64,000 nucleotides of DNA from an uncultured Actinomycetes bacterium. GTDB lineage: Bacteria > Actinomycetota > Acidimicrobiia > IMCC26256 > JANYLB01. How positions within the stretch are numbered: position 1 is the stretch's first letter; every line of letters begins with the position of its first letter. Position numbers and translations under genes: made by a program. The stretch covers positions 181,366 through 245,365 of the forward strand of contig CAWIOF010000003.1 of NCBI GenBank assembly GCA_963837715.1, in the 5' to 3' direction. Positions 1-7,059 of this stretch are shown piece by piece. Under the pieces are notes generated by a model, which ran no database searches, was not told the DNA's origin, and worked only from the letters and a program-made list of their open reading frames with translations.

Positions 1-635
1 GCGACGACTACGTCGTCACCGGTGGGTCCGTCACCATCGACGGTGAGGAGCTGCTCGGCCTGCCGACCTGGGAACGCGCCGCCAAGGGACTGTTCCTCGC
101 GATGCAGTACCCGGTCGAGATCCCGGGCGTGCGGGTGGCCGACATGTTGGCCGCGTCGGCCGCGGCCGGAGCCCCGACCGCCGGCCTGCTCGCCGTCGAG
201 GCCGAGCGTCTCGCGGTGGAGCCCGAGTTCCTGGCCCGCGGCGTCAACGACGGCTTCTCCGGCGGCGAGAAGAAGCGCATGGAGACGCTGCAGCTCGCCG
301 TCCTCGGAGCGCGATTCGCGGTGCTCGACGAGATCGACTCCGGCCTCGACGTCGACGCGCTGCGCGACGTCTCCCGGCGAGTCGAGGCAATGACCGAGGA
401 ATCCGAGCTCGGCGTGCTCGCCATCACGCACTACGCGCGACTGTTGACGGAGCTCCGACCCGATCGGGTCCACGTCCTGATGGGTGGGAGGGTCGTCGCC
501 TCGGGCGGCCCGGAACTCGCCGACCGGCTCGAGGAGACCGGGTACGAGGGCCTCGCCGCCGACCTCGGCGTCGAGCCCACCATCGCCGACGCCCCGTCGA
601 TCCCCGCCGACCCCTTCGCCGACCCCGGCTTCTGA
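1..635 (+). CDS. sufC: SufC-like Fe-S assembly ABC ATPase, C-terminal part (5' end lies outside the window)
   Basis: Frame 3 is open from the window edge. Translation reads DDYVVTGGSVTIDGEELL..FLAMQYPVEIPGV..GFSGGEKKR (ABC signature)..LDEIDSGLDVDAL (Walker B/D-loop)..ITHY (H-loop). Stop TGA at 633-635. Confidence 0.8.
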   Translation, partial: DDYVVTGGSVTIDGEELLGLPTWERAAKGLFLAMQYPVEIPGVRVADMLAASAAAGAPTAGLLAVEAERLAVEPEFLARGVNDGFSGGEKKRMETLQLAVLGARFAVLDEIDSGLDVDALRDVSRRVEAMTEESELGVLAITHYARLLTELRPDRVHVLMGGRVVASGGPELADRLEETGYEGLAADLGVEPTIADAPSIPADPFADPGF

Positions 636-637
636 CC

Positions 638-720
638 TGATGGTCGAATCCGCTGCGCCGGCTCGACCGCCCACCGATTGACGGCCCACACAGGGTGACC
701 GCCGGCTCCGCTTCTTCTCC
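638..720 (+). repeat. Intergenic repeat family, copy 1 (sense orientation)
   Basis: TGATGGTCGAATCCGCTGCGCCGGCTCGACCGC...CCGCCGGCTCCGCTTCTTCTCC. Aligns with copies at 4811-4907 (reverse), 18065-18147 and 19545-19625. Starts 3 nt after the sufC-like stop. Confidence 0.85.
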
Positions 721-750
721 GGAGCTCGTCCGGAGCTCGTCAGGTGGTCG

Positions 751-1782
751 TCAGGTGGTCGTCGTCGTCGGCGGGAGTGTCGTCGACGAGGTGGTGGTCG
801 TCGAAGGCGGGACCGTCGCGGGTGGTGGCGCGGGTGCGACGGGCGGGACCGGGACGGGTTCGGGTGGTGGAACCGTCGTGGTCGTCGTCTCGATGGGCGT
901 GCTCGACAGGATCTTCGCTTCGGTTCCACCGAACACGTAGACCGGGTCACCGACGCGCACCAAGGTGTGGAAGTACTCCGCGATGTGCATCGGGATGCGG
1001 GCGCACCCGTGCGACGCAGGTGACGTCGGCACCGACGGGTAGCCGTGCACCGCGATGCCGCCGTTGAAGTAGAACGGGCTGTAGAGCCGACCCAGCGGCG
1101 ACTTGTCCCAGCCGTCGCGGTACTCCGTGTAGGTGAACCGTCCCGACGGGGTGTTCGCCTGTTCGCAGACCCGTCGGGTCGGGTTGTCGCGGGGCGTGTT
1201 CGAGCAGTAGTTCTCACCCGAACCCGTCGACGTGGTCGTGATCAACCGCACCTGGTGGTCGTCGTACAGCGTGATGACCTGTCGGGTCACGTCGATCTCG
1301 GTCCGGTTCGCTTCGCCGTCGGGCTCGAGCGGGTCGGGGTAGCGGAACGTCATGAGCGCGACCCGCTCGGGTTCGCCGATCGTGCCGTTCGGAGTGGTCG
1401 CAATGATCTTCTGGAGCGCCTCGACCGCGTAGGTGGTCGCCTCGCCGTAGCGGCCGTCGACGGTGCCCGGGTCGAAGTGCAGGTCGGTGAGGCGTTGTTG
1501 GTAGACCTGCACGTCCGGGCCGCTCGCGCCCGGGCCGAACCCGCCCGGTGGGAGTGCCGGGAGCACGACCGTGATCGGCTGCCGCAGCTGCGCCGGGTCG
1601 GAGGTCGTCGTGGTCGTGCGGGTCGTGGTGGTCGTGGTGGAGTCACGGACCTTCCGCGTCGACGCTTCGACCTCGGTGTCCGACGACGGACCGAGGAACC
1701 AGAGTCCGGCGGCTCCCGCGGCGACGACCAGGAGTACGGCGACGATGCCCACGATCCGGCGCCGCTGGGTCTGCTTGGTCAC
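751..1782 (-). CDS. L,D-transpeptidase (YkuD domain) with a PG_binding_1-like domain and Thr/Pro-rich tails
   Basis: GPDVQVYQQRLTDLHFDPGTVDGRYGEATTYAVEALQK resembles a peptidoglycan-binding domain. FYFNGGIAVHGYPSVPTSPASHGCARIP matches the YkuD catalytic His/Cys motif. GTG start at 1782 is preceded by GGAGAAGG, followed by an N-terminal TM helix (IVGIVAVLLVVAAGAAGLWF). Confidence 0.85.
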   Translation of the reverse strand: MTKQTQRRRIVGIVAVLLVVAAGAAGLWFLGPSSDTEVEASTRKVRDSTTTTTTRTTTTTSDPAQLRQPITVVLPALPPGGFGPGASGPDVQVYQQRLTDLHFDPGTVDGRYGEATTYAVEALQKIIATTPNGTIGEPERVALMTFRYPDPLEPDGEANRTEIDVTRQVITLYDDHQVRLITTTSTGSGENYCSNTPRDNPTRRVCEQANTPSGRFTYTEYRDGWDKSPLGRLYSPFYFNGGIAVHGYPSVPTSPASHGCARIPMHIAEYFHTLVRVGDPVYVFGGTEAKILSSTPIETTTTTVPPPEPVPVPPVAPAPPPATVPPSTTTTSSTTLPPTTTTT

Positions 1783-1935
1783 TCGCGCTCTGCCTTCTCC
1801 GCACCGAACGGAGCAGATCCTACCGGCGCCCGGTCGCGAACTCCCTTCGGGGTCTCGTGTGGACGCGACACGGCCCCGGTCGGAACCGGGGCCGTGTCTC
1901 ACTGCTCGTGGCGCAACTCGCAGCGCCTCGGTGAC

Positions 1936-2112
1936 TCAGGTCGGGGCCGGAGTCGACTCCTGCTCCAACAGCTCCTCGAGCGGGTCGGGAACCAGGGCGG
2001 TGTTGCGCAGATCCAAGAGGAAATCGAGGATCTCGGCGCCGGAAACCAGATCGCGGGTTCCGAACCGTTCGAGCGCCTCATCGACCATCTTGACGATCTC
2101 CTGCTCGTTCAC
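1936..2112 (-). CDS. Small acidic hypothetical protein (58 aa)
   Basis: GTG at 2112 lies about 5 nt after GGGAGGAG. Translation VNEQEIVKMVDEALERFGTRDLVSGAEILDFLLDLRNTALVPDPLEELLEQESTPAPT. No family recognised. Confidence 0.45.
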   Translation of the reverse strand: MNEQEIVKMVDEALERFGTRDLVSGAEILDFLLDLRNTALVPDPLEELLEQESTPAPT

Positions 2113-2219
2113 CGTGCTCCTCCCTGACCGTTCGGGCCGACCCGGTCGGGCCGGACCCGTCGTGCACTTGGGCTCTCGGTGCTGTGGCTCTTGCTGTCGA
2201 ACGTCTCCAACGTACCCTC

Positions 2220-2238
2220 CCCGGGTTTCCTTCCCGGG
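2220..2238 (-). terminator. Weak hairpin about 55 nt downstream of the encapsulin stop
   Basis: CCCGGG-7 nt loop-CCCGGG. There is no U-tract, so this is only a candidate. Confidence 0.25.
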
Positions 2239-2293
2239 TCGGGTTCGTATCGGCTCGTTGAACTCCCAGGTCAAGGGGGAGTGTGGGTCCCGG

Positions 2294-3124
2294 TCAGGCT
2301 TTCCGCCCCTTGGCGGGGGTGTCGTAGGTGAGGGCGATCGCGGCCTCGGGTCCGTGGGCCCGGAACGTGAAGCTCTCTTGCAGGAAGAGGGAGACGGCAT
2401 CGGCCGTGGCCGCGGCGTAGCCGATCGCGACGTCCTGGCCGCTGACCAGCTCGAAGTCGCCGCCTCGGAGGCTCACGACGATCGCACCGTCGACCGCGGG
2501 GGCCCAGATCACGGGCCCGCCGAGAATGAGTCGCAGGTGCTCGAGGACGGGGTAGCCACCTCGCTGGGTCGTCTCGATCACGCCGGTGTAGCAGCGTGGG
2601 CCGAGTGCGATCCCGTAGGGACCGTCGACCCCGGCCTGGCGCAGCACGGCGACGGCCTGGGCGACCGGACGGGGGTAGTCCTCGTAGTCGTCGGGGATCG
2701 AGACCGGGTCGTGCGGGGTCGCCTCGGCGATGCCGATGATCTCGCCGGCGCTGAAGCCGCGGAACACTGCCCGGTCCTCAGCCGCGGCCAAGCGCCTCGC
2801 GGCGTCGACGACGACGTCGAGGTCGGGCGACGTGGTGCCCCGGTCGATGGCATCGAGCTCGGCTCGGGGGACGTCGAAATCGGTCCGCAGCTCGATGAGC
2901 GGCTGCACCGTGCGCAGGAGGGCCGAGACGCCGGCTGCCGGCTCCGACTTCACCGGGGTGACCCGACCCGTGTGCACCGACGACTTGGTCCAACCGCGCG
3001 GGCCGGTGAAGTCGACGAGCTTGCGCGCGACGAGGTAGGTCCCGAGAGCCTGCTTCGCTTCGGCTTCGATCGCTTCCCAGCCGCCGTCGCTGACGGGGGC
3101 GAGTTCTCGCAGGAGGTGGTTCAC
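2294..3124 (-). CDS. Family 1 encapsulin shell protein (linocin M18/CFP29-like)
   Basis: VNHLLRELAPVSDGGWEAIEAEAKQALGTYLVARKLVDF..., 276 aa, typical encapsulin N-terminus and length. The GTG start overlaps the upstream stop as GTGA, with a GAAAGGGA SD-like sequence upstream. Confidence 0.9.
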   Translation of the reverse strand: MNHLLRELAPVSDGGWEAIEAEAKQALGTYLVARKLVDFTGPRGWTKSSVHTGRVTPVKSEPAAGVSALLRTVQPLIELRTDFDVPRAELDAIDRGTTSPDLDVVVDAARRLAAAEDRAVFRGFSAGEIIGIAEATPHDPVSIPDDYEDYPRPVAQAVAVLRQAGVDGPYGIALGPRCYTGVIETTQRGGYPVLEHLRLILGGPVIWAPAVDGAIVVSLRGGDFELVSGQDVAIGYAAATADAVSLFLQESFTFRAHGPEAAIALTYDTPAKGRKA

Positions 3125-3510
3125 AGGGATCCCTTTCCGTGCAGGCCGCCGACATCGAGCGAGCCGGCACCGCTGCTGCTGGTCGTGGTCTCGGGGTCGC
3201 CCGACTCGTGTTCGGCGACGTGTTCGATCTCGACGATGGAGCCTTCGGTGAAGAGGTAGGTGCGGAGATGCTTGTCGAGGACCGGATCCTGTCGCCGCAA
3301 CCACTCGAGGGTCATCGCCGCGTGCTCCTTCTCCTCGTCGCGGTTGTGGGCGAGCACCTCGGCGAGGGTCGGGTCGCTGGTGGCCGCGGCGCGCTGGTCG
3401 TACCAGTCGACAGCCTCGAACTCCTCCATGATCGACCGGATCGCGCGATGGCGGTCGATCACGCCCTCGTCGAGGTCGTCAGCCGACTCGTGCAGGCCTT
3501 CACTTGCCAT
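3121..3510 (-). CDS. Encapsulated ferritin (EncFtn) cargo with a C-terminal cargo-loading peptide
   Basis: IMEEFEAVDWYDQRAAATSDPTLAEVLAHNRDEEKEHAAMTLEWLRRQDP matches the EncFtn di-iron motif region. The C-terminal GSLDVGGLHGKGSL resembles the GSLxIGSLKG targeting peptide. ATG at 3510 lies 6 nt after GGAGGA. Confidence 0.88.
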   Translation of the reverse strand: MASEGLHESADDLDEGVIDRHRAIRSIMEEFEAVDWYDQRAAATSDPTLAEVLAHNRDEEKEHAAMTLEWLRRQDPVLDKHLRTYLFTEGSIVEIEHVAEHESGDPETTTSSSGAGSLDVGGLHGKGSL

Positions 3511-4309
3511 CGGATCCTCCAGTGCTGCTGTCGACCCCGACGCCGTGCACCGGGAGCCAGTCGTTGATGCAGTAGCCGTACACGGCTTCGGAACGATCGA
3601 TCGTTCCTGTCGCCGCATAGTGGTACACCATCGCCGCCCTGATCCCATCCGAGCCGTTGTCGGTCGACCGATGCATGAGGTGGCTGTCGAACACGAGCAG
3701 ATCGCCGGGTTGCATCAGCACGGGTTCCGAACCGGCCATGTCGTGGCCGATGATCTCGAAGTATCCGTGGTTGGCGCCCGGCCTCTGGTCGGGTTCGTGG
3801 CTCACGACCGGCTCGTGGTTCGAGCCGCCCAGCACGTGGAGACAGCCGTTCTCGAGTGTGGCGGCGGTGACGGCGAGCCAGACGCCGACCACCGGCCGTG
3901 CCGGCTCGAACGGGAAGTAGAGGGAGTCCTGGTGCCAGGGCTGGCCCCACGCCCCCGGATTCTTGAAGATGAACTGCGAGAGGAAGCACGAGACGTCGTC
4001 GGTGCCGAGGAGCGGGCGGACGAGATCGAGCACACGCGGGTCGCTCGCGAAGGCGTGGAAGACCGGGTCTCGGTGGAGCCGGAAGACCTTCGACACCCGA
4101 TCCTCCGGCGCCGAGCGGGCTCCGTAGCCCGCTTGCTCCTCGATCGTGATCAGGGGCGGGGTGACGTCGTGGCCGGCGTCGGCCCGGCGCACGATCTCGA
4201 CGACGCGGTGCAACATCGTCGTGCCGATCGCGACATCGGCGAAGCCGTCGACCCGGAAGTACCCCTGCGTTGCGAAGGCGTCGCGCCGCGTGGGCATCGG
4301 GTCGAGCAT
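3500..4309 (-). CDS. Phytanoyl-CoA dioxygenase (PhyH) family Fe(II)/2-oxoglutarate oxygenase
   Basis: WHQDSLYFP (His-x-Asp facial triad region) and LLVFDSHLMHRS (distal His). 269 aa. The stop overlaps the EncFtn start by 11 nt. Confidence 0.75.
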   Translation of the reverse strand: MLDPMPTRRDAFATQGYFRVDGFADVAIGTTMLHRVVEIVRRADAGHDVTPPLITIEEQAGYGARSAPEDRVSKVFRLHRDPVFHAFASDPRVLDLVRPLLGTDDVSCFLSQFIFKNPGAWGQPWHQDSLYFPFEPARPVVGVWLAVTAATLENGCLHVLGGSNHEPVVSHEPDQRPGANHGYFEIIGHDMAGSEPVLMQPGDLLVFDSHLMHRSTDNGSDGIRAAMVYHYAATGTIDRSEAVYGYCINDWLPVHGVGVDSSTGGSDGK

Positions 4310-4312
4310 GGT

Positions 4313-4795
4313 TCAGGCGCTGGCCTCGTCGAGACCTTGCTGGAGCGTGTTCCAGGCCAGCGTGGCGCACTTGATGCGGACCGGGAACTTCACGACACCC
4401 TGGAGGGCCTCGAGGTCGCCGAGGCGAACGTCGGCCAGATCGGCGGCGAGGTCGGTGCCGTCGTCGTCACCTTCGAGCTTCGATTCGTGGATCGACATGA
4501 GCGCTTTGAACGCCCGGATCAGGCGGCGGGCCTCGTCGACGGTCTTGCCCTTCACCGCTGCGCTCATCATCGAGGTCGAAGCCTGGCTGATGGAGCACCC
4601 CTGACCGCCGATCTTCAGGTCGGTGACGGTGCCGGTCGTGGGATCCACGTCGAGGTAGAGGACGACCTCGTCGCCGCAGAGCGGGTTGAAGCCCTCGGCG
4701 CGCACCGCCGGGGGCGAAGCCAGCTCGCCACGGTTCCGCGGTGAGCGGTAGTGGTCGAGGATGATCTCGCGGTACAGGTCTTCGAGGCCGGGCAT
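4313..4795 (-). CDS. sufU: SufU/IscU-like Fe-S cluster scaffold / sulfur acceptor
   Basis: LYREIILDHYRSPRNRGEL..NPLCGDEV..GQGCSISQASTSMM..KFPVRIKCATLAWN, the SufU cysteine pattern. Confidence 0.9.
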   Translation of the reverse strand: MPGLEDLYREIILDHYRSPRNRGELASPPAVRAEGFNPLCGDEVVLYLDVDPTTGTVTDLKIGGQGCSISQASTSMMSAAVKGKTVDEARRLIRAFKALMSIHESKLEGDDDGTDLAADLADVRLGDLEALQGVVKFPVRIKCATLAWNTLQQGLDEASA

Positions 4796-4810
4796 CGGAA
4801 ACCGATCCTA

Positions 4811-4907
4811 GGAGAAGGGCTCAGGAGGAGGAGCGGAGCGGGCGGACAGTGATCGTGGGACATGAACGGGTGAGCGATCGAGCCCGCGCAGCGGATCCGA
4901 CCATTCA
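4811..4907 (-). repeat. Intergenic repeat family, copy 2 (reverse orientation, longest copy)
   Basis: The reverse complement reads TGAATGGTCGGATCCGCTGCGCGGGCTCGATCGCTCACCC...GTCCGCCCGCTCCGCTCCTCCTCC..CTTCTCC. It begins on the sufS stop codon and fills the sufS-sufU spacer. Confidence 0.85.
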
Positions 4908-6182
4908 GATGGCGAAGAACTTCTCGGCTGTGGCGAGTGACTCCACCAGGGCGTCGACGTCGGATTCGTCGTTGTAGACGTAGAACGAAGCCCGGGTCGT
5001 CGCGGGAACGCCGATCACGCGCATGAGCGGCTTCGCGCAGTGGTGGCCGGCCCGGACGCACACCGCGTCTTCGTCGAGGACCTGTGAGATGTCGTGGGCG
5101 TGGATGCCGTCGAACAGGAACGAGATCGCGCTTCCTCGGCCGTCGATCTCCCGCGGGCCGTAGATCGTGAGCCGCTCGCCGAACCGCTCCTCGAGTGCCT
5201 CCAGCGCGTAGGCCGTGATCCGGCGCTCGTGGGCGTGCACGGCGTCGATGCCGAGTGCTTCGAGGTAGTCGACCGCGGCCGCGAGCCCGGTCGCCTCGAC
5301 GATGGGCATGGTCCCGGCCTCGAACTTCCAGGGGATGTCATTGGTGGTGAAGCCGTCTTGGCGGACGTCGCGGATCATCTCGCCCCCACCGAGGAAGGGC
5401 GGCATGGCCTCGAGGAGCTCGGCTCGCGCCCACAGACCACCGATGCCACTCGGTCCGAGCATCTTGTGGCCGGTGAACCCGACGAAGTCGGCGTCCCACT
5501 GCTGCACGTCGACCCGACTGTGCGGGACCGCCTGCGCCGCGTCGACGAGGACGAGCGCACCGGCGGCGTGGGCCGCGTCGGCGAGCGGTCGGATGTCGTT
5601 GGCGGTGCCGAGCACGTTCGACATCGCGCTGACTGCGAGCAGCTTCGCGCCGTCGAGGAGCTCGTCGAGTCGGCTGAGATCGAGGCGGAAGTCTTCGGTG
5701 AGCGGGATCCAGCGGAGCTCGACGCCACGTTCGGCCGCGAGGATCTGCCACGGGACGATGTTGGCGTGGTGCTCCATCTCGGTGACGACGACCGCATCGC
5801 CGGCGGTGAGGTTGGCCCGGGCCCAGGTGTACGCCACGAGGTTGATGGCCTCGGTGACGTTCTTGGTGAACACGATCTCGGTCGTGCTCGCGGCGCCGAG
5901 CAGGTTCGCGATCTTCGTGCGGGCGCGTTCGTACGACGCCGTCGACTCCTCGGCGATCGTGTACACGCCGCGGTGGATGTTGGCGTAGTGGTCGCGGTAG
6001 TGCGCGTCCATCGCGTCGAGCACCGACTGCGGCTTCTGCGACGACGACGCGGAGTCGAGGTACACCAGTCGCTTCCCGTGGACCTCGCGTTCGAGGATCG
6101 GGAAGTCGCGCCTGATGGCCCGAACGTCCAGAATGGTTCGCTCCGCTGCGCCGCCTCTATCGCTCACCGGCTCAGCTCCCAT
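4905..6182 (-). CDS. sufS: Cysteine desulfurase SufS (class V PLP aminotransferase)
   Basis: FTGHKMLGPSGIGGLW (PLP-Lys), RAGHHCAKPLM (catalytic Cys loop), and an N-terminal RRDFPILE..VYLDSASSSQKP. The start is uncertain: ATG 6182, GTG 6167 or ATG 6248. Confidence 0.9.
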   Translation of the reverse strand: MGAEPVSDRGGAAERTILDVRAIRRDFPILEREVHGKRLVYLDSASSSQKPQSVLDAMDAHYRDHYANIHRGVYTIAEESTASYERARTKIANLLGAASTTEIVFTKNVTEAINLVAYTWARANLTAGDAVVVTEMEHHANIVPWQILAAERGVELRWIPLTEDFRLDLSRLDELLDGAKLLAVSAMSNVLGTANDIRPLADAAHAAGALVLVDAAQAVPHSRVDVQQWDADFVGFTGHKMLGPSGIGGLWARAELLEAMPPFLGGGEMIRDVRQDGFTTNDIPWKFEAGTMPIVEATGLAAAVDYLEALGIDAVHAHERRITAYALEALEERFGERLTIYGPREIDGRGSAISFLFDGIHAHDISQVLDEDAVCVRAGHHCAKPLMRVIGVPATTRASFYVYNDESDVDALVESLATAEKFFAI

Positions 6183-6993
6183 GCCCACCCCCGGCGGCTC
6201 CGCTGCGCTCACTGACCCGGAACGAGTCGAACCCCTCCGCCTCGACACGCTGCGCGAGCTCGGGCCCGCCGGTCGCGACGACGCGACCGTCGAGGAGGAT
6301 GTGCACGACGTCGGGGGTGAGGTGCTCCAGGATCCGCTGGTAGTGGGTGATCAGCAGGATGCCGAGGTCGGGGCGAGCAGCCCGCACCTCGGTGATGCCG
6401 TGGGCGACGATGCGGAGTGCGTCGATGTCGAGGCCGGAGTCGGTCTCGTCGAGGATGGCGAGGTCGGGTTCCATCATCGCCATCTGGAGGATCTCGTTGC
6501 GCTTCTTCTCCCCGCCGGAGAAGCCCTCGTTCAGATACCGCTCGGTGAAGCGGTCGTCCATCCCGAGGCGCTTCGTCCAGTCCATGAGGCCCATCCGGAC
6601 CTCGAGGACCGACAGGTCGGGGATGCCCTTGCGGACCGCGAGTGCCTGGCGGAGGAAGTTCAGCACGTTGACGCCGGGGATCTCCTCGGGGTGCTGGAAG
6701 CCCAGGAAGATCCCGCGCGCGGCGCGCTCGTCGGCCGGGAGTGCGGTGATGTCTTCGGCCTGGAAGCGGATGCGCCCCGCGGTGATCCGGTAGTCGGGGC
6801 TGCCGAGCAGCGCGTTCGCGAGGGTGCTCTTGCCGGAACCGTTCGGCCCCATGAGGGCGTGGATCTCACCCTGGCCGACCGAGAGGGTGGCGCCCTTCAG
6901 GATCTCGCCCGGGGCGGCGGCGCCGGAGCCCCCGGCGTCGTGGGGGGTGACGTGCAGGTCGTCGATCTCGAGGAGCATGGGTGCTTCAGCCAC
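6172..6993 (-). CDS. sufC: SufC Fe-S assembly ABC ATPase
   Basis: GPNGSGKSTL (Walker A), FLGFQHPEEIPGV, GFSGGEKKR, ILDETDSGLDIDAL, ITHY. Start is GTG 6993 (possibly leaderless) or ATG 6978. Confidence 0.9.
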   Translation of the reverse strand: MAEAPMLLEIDDLHVTPHDAGGSGAAAPGEILKGATLSVGQGEIHALMGPNGSGKSTLANALLGSPDYRITAGRIRFQAEDITALPADERAARGIFLGFQHPEEIPGVNVLNFLRQALAVRKGIPDLSVLEVRMGLMDWTKRLGMDDRFTERYLNEGFSGGEKKRNEILQMAMMEPDLAILDETDSGLDIDALRIVAHGITEVRAARPDLGILLITHYQRILEHLTPDVVHILLDGRVVATGGPELAQRVEAEGFDSFRVSERSGAAGGGHGS

Positions 6994-6999
6994 CCCCGC

Positions 7000-7025
7000 A
7001 TTCTAATAACACTACGCCCGTAGTG
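7000..7025 (-). promoter_or_regulatory. Candidate suf promoter: -10 TAGAAT plus a 16-bp palindromic operator
   Basis: The minus strand reads CACTACGGGCGTAGTG (7025-7010, 7-bp perfect arms with a 2-bp spacer), then TAGAAT (7005-7000), about 7 nt before GTG 6993. This is a locally AT-rich island in a GC-rich genome. Confidence 0.45.
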
Positions 7026-7037
7026 GAAATCCGGGGA

Positions 7038-7059
7038 CCGGGGCGGATCAACGCCCCGG
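7038..7059 (-). terminator. GC-rich hairpin spanning the egtD stop codon
   Basis: CCGGGGCG-GATCAA-CGCCCCGG, an 8-bp perfect stem. In the minus-strand transcript it is followed by TCCCCGGATTTCC. Confidence 0.5.

Noticed and set aside
3500-3560. PhyH C-terminus as an encapsulin cargo-loading peptide
   Set aside because: The tail GVGVDSSTGGSDGK lacks the GSL-x-IGSLKG-like pattern that the EncFtn tail shows, so I do not call PhyH a cargo protein.
1045-4744. Long plus-strand ORFs (1045-2127, 1571-3259, 3260-4744)
   Set aside because: They are antisense shadows of the Ldt, encapsulin, EncFtn, PhyH and SufU genes, and no recognisable motifs are present.
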